Positions 49,113 through 63,035 of a DNA stretch of 64,000 nucleotides are shown one piece after another. The notes below the pieces were generated by a model that was not told the origin of the DNA, ran no database searches, and was given only the letters and a program-made list of their open reading frames with translations. Each line of letters starts with the position of its first letter. Position 1 is the stretch's first letter. The stretch is from Octopus vulgaris (taxonomy: Eukaryota): NCBI GenBank assembly GCA_951406725.2, contig OX597826.1, positions 10,850,001-10,914,000 of the forward strand. The letters are read 5' to 3'. The position numbers and the translations under genes are program-made.

Positions 49113-52100
49113 TAAAGAAATGTTACTGAATATCTCTCTTTGAGAGATTTAGAAATAATAATATTTGAAGTTTTTTGTTTAAAACTGAACATCTAGTACC
49201 GAACGAATAAAGATGCACCTGGAATAAATAGAATGCTTATTTCCAAATGTTAGGTTCTGGTCATGAGGGTTATTATACACTGGTACCAATGTTTGATGAG
49301 CTAAGGGAGTAGTACTTGCATTTCAAAGGGCAGCTGTTTCACATTCTGTGTCATGCTGAATTTCCCTGAGTACTACATTAAGGGTACATGTGTCTGTGGA
49401 GTGTTCAACCACATTAATTTCATGAGCAAGCTGTTCCATTGATTATCATCACCATCATCATCATTTAACGCCCGCTTTCCATGCTAGCATGGGTTGGATG
49501 ATTTGACTGAGGACTGGCGAACTAGATGGCTGCACCAGGCTCCAATCTTGATCTGGCAGAGTTTCTACAGCTGGATGCCCTTCCTAATGCCAACCACTCT
49601 GAGAGTGTAGTGGGTGCTTTTACGTGCCACTGGCACGAGGGCCAATCAGGTGGTACTGGCAACAGTCATGCTCAAATGGTGCTTTTTACGTGCTACCTAC
49701 ACAGGAGCCAAACCACGCTCAAATGGTTTTTCACATGCCACCAGCACAAGTGTCAGTAAGGCGGCACTAGTAACGATCACGCTTGAATGGTGCTTTTTAC
49801 GTGCCACTGGCATGGAAGCCAGTTAGCCGCTCTTGGTATATCTGTGTTTGTGTAAACCATGTATTCATTCACAAATAGATATATAATTACAATGTGTTAA
49901 CATGTTTGATGAAGTTTTCTTGTGATCGTTTGGGATTTTAGAGACTACTTTGTATTTTGTGTTAGCATAAATGTGGAACAGGAGCGTTCTTTTGTGAAAA
50001 TGAACACTCACAACACAAACAGTATCAAGTCATTCAAATGGACAAGAGAAGTTTGAAGTTGTATTTGAAAATCTTGTTGTTTTTGAAGATGAACATACAA
50101 TCACATCAGGCCCAAAATTAACACCAGTTGTACATCCTTCCTGAAGGATTCCAGAGTCATCGAGACAAACTGTAGCACAAGAACTAAAATTCATGGACTC
50201 AAATGGTATCATATAGAGAGTTGAAGAACAAAGTTTCAGACTGAACAAGAAAAGAGTCAAATGGAATAAGAGCTTTCATGAATAAGGCTGACCTGATAAA
50301 CTATATTTATTTCTTTACTACCCACAAGGGGCTAAACATAGAGGAGACAAACGAGGACAGACAAACAGATTAAGTTGATTACATCGACCCCAGTACGAAA
50401 CTGGTATTTAATTTATCGACCCCGAAAGGATGAAAGGCAAAGTCGACCTCGGTGGAATTTGAACTCAGAACGTAACAGCAGAAGAAATACCTTATTTCTT
50501 TATTACCCACAAGGAGCTAAACACAGAGAGGACAAACAAGGACAGACATAGGTATTAAGTCGATTGCATCGACCCCAGTGCGTAACTGGTACTTTATTTA
50601 TCGACCCCGAAAGGATGAAAGGCAAAGTCGACCTCAGCGGAATTTGAACTCAGAACGTAACAGCAGACGAAATACCGCAAAGCATTTCGCCTGGCGCACT
50701 AACGTTTCTGCCAGCTCACCTGATAAACTATATTAACTACCAGACACTATCAGGTGTTCCTAGAACTGCAAGAATAAATGAACACATGTCCAGGTATACT
50801 ATTCAAAGGCCATGTAGTTGTTGTTCTACAAGGGATGAGATGGCAAATATTTAACTATCAGATAAGTCACATTGAGTTGCCCGCTGTGTTGAAAGAGGGC
50901 AAGATAACTGCCGTATAGGTATGGGATGTCAGTAGATATCTTTGGACTGGTTGACGAATGTGATGATTCTATGCAGCGCCAAGAAATCAGTAAACAGAAT
51001 CATTCAAATCAATAGCCATGCAGGAGCTGTTATTGGCAATTGTTGGAGGAGACTTGTGGCAGAAAATGGACTGCCTTTTAGAAGCCAATTGTTCAAAGAA
51101 CTCCTCAACAATTGGCAGTTTGAGCACAGAAATTCCAGTCCAAAATATCCACAATCTAAAGGCATCTTAGAGAAAAGTCTTGGAATTTTCAAATCAATAC
51201 TAGTGAAGACAGATGTGCCATATCTTGTCCATTTAGACAACAGAGACAAACCTGTCAGAACATATGCCTTTTTCCGGTGGTTAGGTTATTTGGTTGAAGG
51301 AGCAGAATCTTACTACCTATTGGTAATCACTAGTTGAAATGTGGTAAACACAAGGGCTACCAACTTTACTTAATGACTGAAATAGCAAGGATAACAAACC
51401 AGCAAAATATCTTTCACTAATAAAAAGACAGGAAATAGTGCAAACGACAGTTGCAGGTTACCTCTTCATCCCATCATCTGCTCCTCGTACAGCCTTGCAA
51501 TCCTTCTACCCACCCACTTCTCGTGCCTTAAAGGGTCACCTGGACACCTCATCTCCACTGTCTATCTCTTCACAGCTCCTACTGACTATTCTCTCCTTCT
51601 CCTACTAAATGTAGGGGAACAACCATGCAGCTCTTCTACAAGAACCTGCACAGTTCCCTGCCACCTTTTCTCGTACTTGAACTCCTTGTCCCTTTGCATA
51701 AACCCAACCACCCACTCCCCGTGGGGTCATAAGTCTTACGAGCTGCATGGCAACCTCAATAGTCTTGATGGGCATGGATGGAAGAAGCACTCAGTACAAT
51801 TCTTGATCTTGGTGATACAGCATCACAAACAAATGAATCAACAAGTACTAATTCACCAGGTACAGAGGCAGTTAGACGCAGAGGAAGGACCAGTGAACCA
51901 ATAAATGTTAATTCACCAGCCACTGAAGCAGTCACACACAATGGAAGAATTAGGGGAAAAAAACTATCTTAACTAACAACAAACCAATGGTGTTAAATTC
52001 CTCCCTGAAAGCTTGCTTGTTATATTGTATGCATTATTATGATGGAGATGTTATGTAAACGTAACACCGACACTAGTTATCCCATCCCTATACAATATGT

Positions 52101-52561
52101 TATAGAATGGCTTTTGAAAGTAGAAGGAAAAATAAAAGGGATGTAACAAGAATTATTTTCACTCACTCACACACACACACCACCGCCGCAGCCACCACCA
52201 CCACCACTACCACTACCACCACTACCACTACCACCACCATCCTCCTCCTCCTCATCATCATCATCATTTAACATTCATCTTCCATGCTGGCATAGGTTGG
52301 ACAGTTTGACAAGAACTGGCAAACTAGAGGACTGCACTAAGCTCCACTGTCTGTTTTTGGCATGGTTTTTACAGTGGGATACCATTCCTAAAGCCACCCA
52401 CTTTACAGAGTGGACCAGATGCTTTTTATGTGGCACCAGAACTGGCTGGGTCTGTTTGGCATAGTTGTTATGGCTGGATGATCCTCTTCGTGCCAATAAC
52501 TTTACAGAGTGGACTAGGGGATTTTCACATGGCAACACACAAAAACATGTGTGTGTATGTG

Positions 52562-52973
52562 GGATCTTTTCGGTTTGAATGGCAGTTTTTTGTAGCGATG
52601 TCATATGAAATTGTCACCCATAATTATGACCCTAGTATCGATCTATTGCATTTCAATCTGGGTTAGGGTTAGGAGTTGGGGAAAGGGTATCTTTTTTTCT
52701 TCACAAATGTAAATAAACCCAATCTGTTTCTTAAACGAGGGACGTATTCATATGGCACAGAATGTTTTTTACCTCAATAGACGTCAGTGATTGGTTGAAA
52801 TTGCAGAAATTGAAGAAAAAAAAACAACAAATATCTTACAAACTATAGAATTTTCTCAATAAAGCCAAGAGGAAAAGATGTTTTATAAAAACATTCTACC
52901 AGTATACGAAGTTTAAAAGTGTTTAGTTACATGGAAATTATTTTTAAAACTGCCGTTCAAAACGAAAAGATCC
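52562..52973. mobile_element. MULE-like MITE
   Basis: TIR GGATCTTTTCGGTTTGAATGGCAGTTTT / AAAACTGCCGTTCAAAACGAAAAGATCC; 9-bp TSD gtgtatgtg. Confidence 0.8.
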
Positions 52974-55351
52974 GTGTATGTGTGCAATAGACAATTAGAT
53001 CTGTTCCGAGTCTTAGGAATCATGCGGCTAGAGTTTAACCCAGTTCCTATGGCCTATAAATGACTGGGATTACAACACTCACTCCTCAATGGGATGCCAG
53101 GCCATTGCAGGGTCAACTTTCCAGGAATTGCTGAAACTCATTAAACAGCAATGTGAAATGACGTATGCTGCTCAAGAACAAAATGCACGGTCCGGTCTGG
53201 GAATTGAAACCACAATCTTATGATTGCAAGTGCCACACCCTAACCAATAAGCCATGCTCCTTCAAGCAGTAGGCAATGATTTCCATTTCCATTTTGAGAA
53301 TGGACAAATGTGCTGCTTGATTTAGGTTTGTGAACTTCAACACAATTATAACATCATCATCATCATCATCGTTTAGCGTCCGCTTTCCATGCTAGCATGG
53401 GTTGGACAGTTCAACTGGGGTCTGGGAAGCCAGAAGGCTGCACCAGGCCCAGTTTGATCTGGCAGTGTTTCTACAGCTGGATGCCCTTCCTAACGCCAAC
53501 CACTCCATGAGTGTAGTGGGTGCTTTTTACGTGCCATCATAGTTATTCAGAACAAGATCTCAAATAACTAAATACTGTAACATAATATTGGTTTCGAATT
53601 TTGGCACAAGGCCAGCAAATTTGCAGGGAGTGGTTAAGTCAATTACATTGATCCCAGTGCTCAGCTGGTACTTATTTTATAGACCCCAATAGAATAAAAG
53701 GTGTAGTCAACCTTGGTGGAATTTGAACTCAGAACATAAGGACAGATGAGACATCATTAAGCATGTTGCCTGGTGTGCTAATGGTTCTGCCAGCTCACGG
53801 CCTTACACTGTAAGATAATATTAACAATATTTACCTGGTTTCCGTATTTGGCTGGCTTCCGTGCCGGTGGCACGTTAAAAGCACCAACCGATCGTGGCCG
53901 ATGCCAGACCCCCCTTCCCTGGCACCTGTGCAGGTGGCACGTAAAAAGCACCCACTGCACTCGCGGAGTGGTTGGCGTTAGGAAGGGCATCCAGCTGTAG
54001 AAACACTGCCAGATCAGACTGGAGCCTGGTGCAGCCCCTGGCTTCCCAGACCCCGGTCGAACCGTCCAACCATTGCTAGCACGGAAAACGGACGTTAAAT
54101 GATGATGATGATGATGATGATGATTTACCCTCCGTTGATTTCTTTTTAATAGCAGACACATATTAATTCTGTCTAGAAAAGAACAATGATTATGTTATCA
54201 ATTTTCTTAATTATCTCTCCAGTAATTATCACACACACACACAAGTATTGTTCATACGTATGTACACTGATAATGCACCTTCACACATTTGAACAGTATC
54301 CAAAAAACAGATAAAAACTCATTATACTAACTGATAAGCCCTTACACAAGCTTCCACCCCTTCCCGTATAAGTGGATTATGCCCTTTTTTTAACCACCAC
54401 AACTATAGCAAACCCTACTCTATGGATTCTACTGATTGTATACAAATTCTATGCAGCAGCTGTTGAGTTCTCAAGTTAGCTGGCACTGAACGCATAGACA
54501 CAATCAAAAACATTCCAACTGTGACCATCTCATCTAATTTTTGTTATTTTTTAGGCAGTATGTCAGGGGCTGCATTATGAATGAAGACTCAAATAGGTGT
54601 GAAAGGGCTGATAGACAGAAATGGAGTCATTATACTTTTTTCTAAATCTTGTACAACCCTATTTCTTTCTATCGGCCCTTTCACGCTTATTCGTTCATTC
54701 CACTCTTCATTCTTTCGTTCCCCGCCTCTCTCACATTTCTTTGCCTTCTCTTCTTGCTCACTTCCCTGCCTCTTTTCACTTCACTGTGTCCCTGTCATTT
54801 TTTCTCGCCCCTCCTTAATTCTTCTGTCTCTCTGCTTCTACTTCCCTCTCTTCTCTCCCCACATGACCGACGTTCGGCCAAGCCTGTTCTTTCTTTCTTG
54901 GTCTGGCCATTGTCCGTGCAACATCAATATTCTTCCCTGTATTTGTGAAATCTTGTATCCCTGCCGTAAGGTTTCATTTCCACACACGCCAGCTTAATTC
55001 AATTCGTCCTTAGTCGAAAGACACCTGTTGTTATGTCCTGTTATTATTTTTATTGTATTTGTATTTGTGTAACATTGTCTGTTTTGTGTCTGTCCTTGTT
55101 TTTGTATACATTCGCTGCTTTCTTCCAAGGAATCTAGTGCTCTTAGCTTAGTTTTTCCTTGGGGCTGGCCCGATTGGAGCAATCTCAAGTATAATCAGCC
55201 GAAATTGCAAGGATAATCTGATGCTTGACAGAGGAAAGGAAACTTCGAATGACTCGTCCTTGTTTTCTTTGTATTGTCTATCTGAATGTTTCATTGTCCC
55301 ATTTTTGTATCACCTAGCTGTCCACATGTTTTGCATTCGTGTCCCATTTTG

Positions 55352-55429
<78 letters not shown>

Positions 55430-56129
55430 CTCATGGTTTAGTGGTCAGGGTGTTGGACTCATGATTGTAAGATTGTGGTTTCGGTTCCTGGACCAGGCGA
55501 TGTTTTGCGTTCTTTGTTATTGAGCAAAACATTTCATTTCACGTTGCTCCATCCACTCAGCTGAAGAAATGAGATTAGCCTGAAGAGGGATGGGCTCTGT
55601 CAGGTTTTCTTGCCCAAGATACACTGCATGACTGCAGTTCCCCAACCACCCGCAAGGAGGTTAAAGGACTTGTCCATTGTCCATACATGTATATATTTGT
55701 ATATTTGCAGGATCCAAACACCCAGGTAGATTTATTACCAGATATATTAAACATCAAAATAGCCTGTCTCAATTAACTCTTTCAACTGGACGGTCATGAG
55801 CGAGTCAAAAACATTCTGTACCCTTTGTTTGAAAAATCCTAAATGCTGAATTTTATTTTAATTTTAATTCACCTGAATAAAATTGGTTTTTTACATGACT
55901 TGTTCATAAAAAATATTAAAAAAAAACACATCTGAAACAGCTGTAGTGAACCTCATCTGCAGAGTGTTTAGTATTAGGAAGAGCATCCAGCCGTAAAATC
56001 CCTGCCAAAACAGACATAGTAGCTTAGAGTAGTTTCTCTACCTGGCCGACTACTGTCAACTGTCCTACCCACGCATGCGTGGAAAATGGACATTAAATGA
56101 TAATGATGATGATGATATATAAATATATA

Positions 56130-56380
56130 AATGCGCCCTTTTAAAGCTAAGCCAGGCTCATGGGCCCGGTTTCCCGGTTTCTATGGCGTATGTGTTCCCA
56201 AGCTGGATGGGGTGCCAGTCCATCACAGCGTTACTCATTTTTGCCAGCTGAGTGGACTGGAGCAACGTGAAATGAAGTTCTTTGCTCAAGAACACAACGC
56301 ATTGTCCGGTCCAGGAATTGAAACCACAATCTTACGATCATGAAGCTGACACCCTAACCACTAAGCCACGCGCCTCCACT
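56130..56380 (-). mobile_element. tRNA-headed SINE with TTGCTCCAGTCCACTCAGCTG body
   Basis: Head GTGGAGGCGCGTGGCTTAGTGGTTAGG...GGTTTCAATTCC; related heads and bodies at about 9690-9830, 12885-13024, 35085-35231, 53140-53262 and 55426-55570. Confidence 0.75.
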
Positions 56381-58973
56381 GATATATATATATAGTCTAT
56401 CAAATTAGGTAGTCATAATTAGATTGTGTTGATGAGGTCTAAGAAATGATATTGAAACATGTCCAGAGTTGTTTCTGAACTACTAAAGATCAGACTCACT
56501 TGCCACTGCTTTTCATATTCAATTAACTTACTCTTTTATTTACTTGTTTCAGTCATTTGACTGCGGCCATGCTGGAGCACCGCCTTTAGTCGAGCAAATT
56601 GACCCCGGGACTTATTCTTTTGTAAGCCCAGTACTTATTCTATCGGTCTCTTTTTTTGCCGAACCGCTAAGTGACGGGGACGTAAACACACCAGCATCGG
56701 TTGTCAAGCAATGCTAGGGGGACAAACACAGACACACAAACACACACATATATATATATATACATATATACGACAGGCTTCTTTCAGTTTCCGTCTACCA
56801 AATCCACTCACAAGGCATTGGTTGGCCCGGGGCTATAGCAGGAGACACTTGCCCAAGATGCCACGCAGTGGGACTGAACCCGGAACCATGTGGTTGGTTA
56901 GCAAGCTACTTACCACACAGCCACTCCTGCGCCTGAAATTGAAATTTCCTGGTTATCTCTCCCTACATTTTAGTTTGTGACTAGTCGAAAAGAATTAGTA
57001 ATTTAGATAACGATTTCTCCCGTGACTCAAGCTGTTACTTTTTACCTCATTAATATCTCTTGGTTCACAATAACAGGAATGTCAGTGCTCACTTTGCCAT
57101 GAATTTGTGTATAACCTTGCCATGAAAGCTTCTAATGAATGACTGAAAAAACCCAATCCTATTCCAAATCCTAAGGAAAAAGAAAACAAGAGAGAAAGAG
57201 AAGGGGAGGGAGGAGAAAGGGTGTGTTTCTCTAGTTTTTATAGTATTGGATAGATAGATCTCTCCCTGGATATGACAGTGGTTAATTGCAGTTCAGTTAG
57301 CAACGCAAAGTAATGAAACATTCGTTTGTAGTTTATTGATGCTTTTAATCAAGAACTCTTATCAACTGCAATAAATGCTTAGAATTAGGTCAAGCTAACA
57401 AGACAAGACAGCTTCTAGGAGGTTGCTAAATTTGCTGGAAATAACAGCTAAGTCTCCCTCAAATCACATTCTTCCGTTCTAAATAAGAACATTTTAGGTA
57501 TATAGTCTAAGATGTCATATAAAGTCTCTGATGGTCTGACAAAAATGTTTGAGTCTAGCACTGCTGAATCCATGATGACCCCGTGGTGAAACAACACATT
57601 ACAATTAAGAGGAGGTAACAAGGCAGTCTCTGTTTAGATCAGTGGTTCTCATCTTGGGTCCATGTGACCTTTTAGGGTCCATATAAGATTTTGTCCTTAA
57701 AATTTATCGGCAATAAATTGGTTATATTTCTACAATACATAAAATATTTTTTATTTTTTATGCGATTTCTAACAACAGGCGTAGGAGTGGCTGTGTGGTA
57801 AGTAGCTTGTTTATGAACCACATGGTTCCAGGTTCAGTCCCACTGCGTGGCACTTTGGGCAACTGTCTTCTACTATAGCCTCGGGTCAACCAAAACCGTG
57901 TGAGTGGATTTGGTAGACAGAAACTGAAAGAAGCCCATCGTATATATGCATATATATATGTGTGTGTGTGTATATATATATGTTTGTGTGTCTGTGTTTG
58001 TCCCCCCCAACATCGCTTGACGACCGATGCTGGTGTGTTTACGTCACAGTAACTAAGCAGTTCAGCAAAAGTGACTGATAGAATAAGTACTAAGCTTACA
58101 AAGAATAAGTCCTGAGGTTGATTTGCTCAACTAAAGGTGGTGCTCCAGCATGGCCACAGTCAAATGAGTGAAACAAGTAAAAGAGTAAAAGAGAGCAAAG
58201 AGTAATATTTAATTATAAAAATACAGTAGGATGCTTTTTTTATATACATCGACTGGATATGGAGGTCCAGCAGAGTAAAATAGGAATCGAAAGGGTCCAT
58301 TAGCAGAAAATGGCTGGGAAACACTGGTCTAGATGGTTGCTTGACATGCTAAATATATCAGCCAAATACCCCTCAAATTATAGCCAACTATCTTTAAAAA
58401 GAAGTATAACATATGTAGACTGAGATATTCTATGCTAGAAAATAAAATGAGAAAACCATGGCTGGAATGCTTTGAACATATGTCTCCTATAACAAAAGCT
58501 AGCCTGGGGCTTATCAACAACCTCATCATCATTTAACAGGATCCAGTGAGCTGCAGGACTGTGTCAAATTCCAGTGTGAGGTTTTGGTGTGGTTTCTACA
58601 GCTGGATGCCCTTCCTAACTAACGCCAACCACTTTACAGTATGTACAGGATGTTGTTTTTTTCATGACACCAGTGCTAGTAAGGTCATCAAGTACCTTGC
58701 AAGACAAGAGAAAAAAACCCTCGACGGAGATGGAGTGTATGAAAGAGAGGGAGAGGTGGCTTTATGCAAGGTGTTGAGAAGTGTATGATAGGGGAACAAG
58801 CACAGGGGTCTTGATTTGGAGAAGATACATGGCTATTTTGCATAGTATAAGGGTGGGTGGGAATAGCTGAAAAGAAGATAATGATGGTGACAAGGTAAAA
58901 TTTACATGGAGCTGATAAGAGCATTCCTAAATGATGGCTTGGCATGTAAGAGATAGCAAGAAAATCTCTCAAA

Positions 58974-59320
58974 TCTCTCTATATATAAACGGCAAAATGT
59001 CTGTCTGTGTGTGTGTCCTTTATACAAATCCATAATTTTTCAGTTAGAAGGCTCGCACTTTCTATGGTCATTCAAAACCGCCCAAGGGTGGTCGTGCACA
59101 TCTTTACATTTCCCCAGTCATCCCGCAAAGCCATTAAAAAATCAACAGAAGTGACTTTTTGTTAATTTTCTATCCAAAACCCAATCAAAATACCCGAAAC
59201 TTGATACGCCAATTGAATGCCAGCTAGCTGTATGTGATTGGTCGGAGATTTGGACAGTACTCACGTGTATGTGCACACGCACGCAGCTGTATATGTATGC
59301 ACTAGCACTATGACCCGGCG
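58974..59320 (+). mobile_element. Helitron-like element, second family (inverted copy 63422-63790)
   Basis: A|TCTCTCTATATATAAACGGCAAAATGTCTG start; the minus copy ends CTAG|T. Confidence 0.7.
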
Positions 59321-59615
59321 TTAATAAAAAAAAAAACCAAGAACATATTGGATACTGTAGTTCTAGATATACTAGGTCTCAAAAAATAAAAATATGGGGG
59401 AAATATGGGATGGTCATAATTAAAACATCTTTAATCATAGTTCTACTTGACCAGAGCTGACCTGGGGCTAAACAACAAGAAAGAGTCAGGCAGAGGTAGA
59501 CTGAGTTGATATTTTACCTGTGGAGACAATGCCCTGCCGGTGGCAGAATATGGAACACCATACATTTGGATGATTTATGAGCACCTTCTCAATCTGACCA
59601 TCTAGGTTCTCATAA

Positions 59616-60047
59616 ACAAGCGGGTGCTGAAAAGTCCCTGGCTTTAAAAGGGTATCGCGAAAGGCCTGGTTGAAAGCTCAACCTCCTGAGTTATTTTACA
59701 GGGCTTAGAAAACCTGAAGGGCAGCTGCATTAACCCTTTCGTTACTGTATTTATTTTGAGATGCTCTCTGTTTTTTTCAATTACTTTAAATATAACAAAG
59801 AATTTATCATTAAGCTAGTGTTAGGAACATAAACTGTGACTAAGGTTTGGGGAGAAGATTTTAATTCAAAACTTATAAAAACAAGATATTTGTACTACAG
59901 AGCCAGAGCCGGTTTCAGCCATGTTGGTATCAAAAGGGTTAAATGTGTGAATCTGAGAGGGGAATATATGTTGAATAGAATCTTAATTAAGTGATCCTCC
60001 TATATTTTCATTTACCCAAAGCCAGGAACTTTTCAGCACCCCCTCAC
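59616..60047. mobile_element. mariner-derived MITE hosting a piggyBac MITE (related copy about 41955-42160)
   Basis: TIR GGGTGCTGAAAAGT.CCTGGCTTT / AAAGCCAGGAACTTTTCAGCACCC. Confidence 0.75.
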
Positions 60048-60799
60048 ATGATTATATTGGACATTAAACCAATACCAGAATAAGGGTCAGCAACAGATGG
60101 AGGTGGGTGGGTCACAACCTACAACTGGGACACTGAGATGTTTTCCGTGAGATTTGGGTCTTTGCTAAAATGATCCTTATTCACATATTTCTCTTCTTCT
60201 GTTGGAGTTTTCATCATCATCATAATCATCATCATTTAACGTCCGCTTTCCATGCTAGCATGGGTTGGACGATTTGACTGAGGACTGGCGAACCAGATGG
60301 CTGCACCAGGCTCAATCTGATCAGGCAGAGTTTCTACAGCTGGATGCCCTTCCTAATGCCAACCACTCCAAGAGTGTAGTGGGATGCTTTTACGTGTCAC
60401 TGGCATAAGGGCCAGTCAGGCGGTACTGGCAATGGCCATGCTCAAATAATGTTTTTTATGTGCCACCTGCACAGGAGTCAGTCCAGCGGCACTGGCAACG
60501 ACCTCACTCAAATGTTTTGTTCACGTGCCACCGACACAAAGTGCCAGTAAGGCGATGCTGGTAACGATCACACTCAAATGGTGCTTTTTACGTGCCACTG
60601 GCACAGAAGCCAGACAGCTGCTCTGGCAGTGACCCCGCTCGGATGGAGCTGTCAGTGCTCCACTGGCACGGGTGCCAGTCATCGAATTTGGTTCAATTTG
60701 AATTTCACTTATATGATTTTGAAATTTTGCATTCATGTAAGCATAAAAAGAAAATGCATTAAACAGGAAGAATATAAAAGATAAGATGTGTTAATTTAC

Positions 60800-60886
60800 C
60801 TGATTTGATCTGCAGTACACCAAGGCAACCATAGCCATCAAATGCCTTAGTATAATTCTTCTTAATAGCGAGACTTTCTTCGGCAG
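60800..60886 (-). CDS. SYNJ1: Synaptojanin coding exon A (first in window), 87 nt, Sac1 N-terminal region
   Basis: tttctag|CT GCC GAA...TCA G|gtaaat; AEESLAIKKNYTKAFDGYGCLGVLQIKSG resembles synaptojanin [23 protein letters not shown]; phase 1 to 1. Not in the ORF track. Confidence 0.88.
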
Positions 60887-61122
60887 CTAGAAAGAGACAG
60901 AAAAAAAGAATTATATAATCATCATTTTACCATTCTTTTCTTTTCATGCTTGTATGGTAAATATGGTGCCACATAAAAAGTGCCCAGTACATTCTGTAAA
61001 GCGGTCGGTGTCAGGAAGGGCATCCAGTTGTAGAACTATGCCAAAATAGACAATGGTGCTTGGTATGGCTCCTGGCCTTGTGAATTTCCGTCAAACCAAC
61101 CAGCCCATGCCAGCATGAAAAA

Positions 61123-61154
<32 letters not shown>

Positions 61155-61163
61155 AATGATTAA

Positions 61164-61195
<32 letters not shown>

Positions 61196-61262
61196 TGAAG
61201 AATGTACTACTTGAATGGATTATTTATAGAATTATTTTATATTGTTTTTTTCCACAGTTGAT

Positions 61263-61317
<55 letters not shown>

Positions 61318-62990
61318 ATATATATATATATCATCATCATTTTAGCATCCACTTTTCCATGTCTGTTTGGGTCAGATGGAATTTTATGGAGCCAGATTTT
61401 CTACAGCCGGATGCTCTTTCTATCACCAACCCTCACTTGGTTCCAAGTAAGGAAATAATTCCCCATAACTAAGACATGTTTTCAGAAGGTTAGAAGCAAA
61501 GGACACTGATTGTATGACAGCGACATTCGTTTCCACCTATCACACAATGTCAAGGTAAGGAGATAGTAACACCCACACCCACACATGTACATATGCACAC
61601 TCATATGCATATGTGCACATACACACACACAACAGGCTTCTTTTAGTCTTCATCTCCCAAATGCACTCGCAAGGCTTTGGTCGAGCCAGGGCTACAGAAG
61701 AAAAACATTTACCCAAGATGTCACGCTGCAGGATTGAACCCAGCTCCATGGTGTTGAGGAGCAAACTTCTTACCTGCATCTCTCTTGCCCTCTCAGCTGT
61801 AACATAGTGTTCCTCACAGAAATACCTATTTCTTTACTACCCACAAGGGGCTAAACACAGATAGGACAAACAAGGACAAACAAACGGATTGAGTCGATTA
61901 TATCGACCCCAGTGCATAACTGGTACTTTATTTAATCGACCCCGAAAGGAGGAAAGGCAAAGTCGACCTCAGCGTAGCAACAGAAATATACTTGTCTGTC
62001 AGCTATTAAAGTACAAGCAGCACCAAAACAGTTTCCTTAGGATTCTCAGCTCTAGTTCCTTGCTTGAAGAAGTCTGAGAGTCACCAACATCAATGAGTTA
62101 AATAAACCCCAGGAATGATACTCAGTGGAATGTCTGACTACAGGAATGTTCAAAAGTATTATGCTTCAAAACATATTGGCTCTTAGACTATGCAGTGACT
62201 ATATGCGAAAGATTTTGTTCAGCAGAGAATGGTCTGGCAACTTCCAACCTCATGATAGCTCTTTCACAAATGATTCATCCTTTGTGTGAGTATTCTACCC
62301 ACATTCAAGTTTACTTGATATGTAGTATATGATATAATTATAAACGGGGCAAACTTTAGCCATTTCTCTGCAGACTGAAAAAAATAATGAACAACATTAA
62401 TCGATTTTTTAACCTTATGGCAGAACTCAATATCCAATGGAAGATTTTTTTTCAATTTCACTTGGTCTGATGAGTCTTGTCACGCACAATACATCACCAG
62501 TGGTCTCAGTCACTTGTAATCAACTCCACGAGGCCCAACATTCAAAGATCATATTTCACCACCTCATCCCATGTCTTCCTGGGTCAACCTCTTCCACAGG
62601 TTCCTACCAATGTATATATATCTTTTATCGTTCTTTTACTTGTTTTAGACTGTGGCCATGCTGGGGCACTGCCTCACGGAATTATAGTTGAATGAATCGA
62701 CTCCAGTACTTTTTTCTTTAAAGCCTGGTATTTATTCTATCAGTCTCTTTTGTCAACTGCTAAGTTTTGGGGATGTAAACACGGTGGGGTAGGGGAACAA
62801 ACACAGACATAAAGACACACATACACACACTCACATATGATGGATTTCTTTCAGTTTATCTCAACCAAATCCACTCGTAAGGCTTTGGTTGGCCTAAAGC
62901 CACAGTAGAGGCCACTTGCCCAAGGGGCTACGCAGTGGGACTAAACCCCAAACCAGTGATTGGGCAGAAAATTTCTTACCACACATGTGC

Positions 62991-63035
<45 letters not shown>

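Larger units (their letters stand above)
47215..52146 (+). mobile_element. Highly decayed Gypsy LTR retrotransposon, interrupted by younger insertions
   Basis: PBS-like TGGTGTCAGAAG at 47215; gag-like PDII..NNFTYEE..DVIGNFDNFSEPTKN at about 47490-47600; pol PVVHP.RIP...ELKFMDSNGII at about 50050-50230; integrase ENGLPF...SSPKYPQSKGILEK at about 51060-51250; purine tract 52122-52141 then TGTAAC. Confidence 0.75.

Noticed and set aside
52660-52673. Telomeric repeat GGGTTAGGGTTAGG
   Set aside because: Only about two units, internal to a MITE
54581-54997. 138-aa hydrophobic ORF
   Set aside because: Pyrimidine-rich low-complexity sequence with no domain motif
55156-55262. Hammerhead-like pieces (TCCTTG/CAAGGA, GGCTG/CAGCC-GAAA; CAGAGGA...GAA) in a (TA)n-adjacent repeat
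   Set aside because: No recognisable 7-nt core in register with the helices; needs a family consensus
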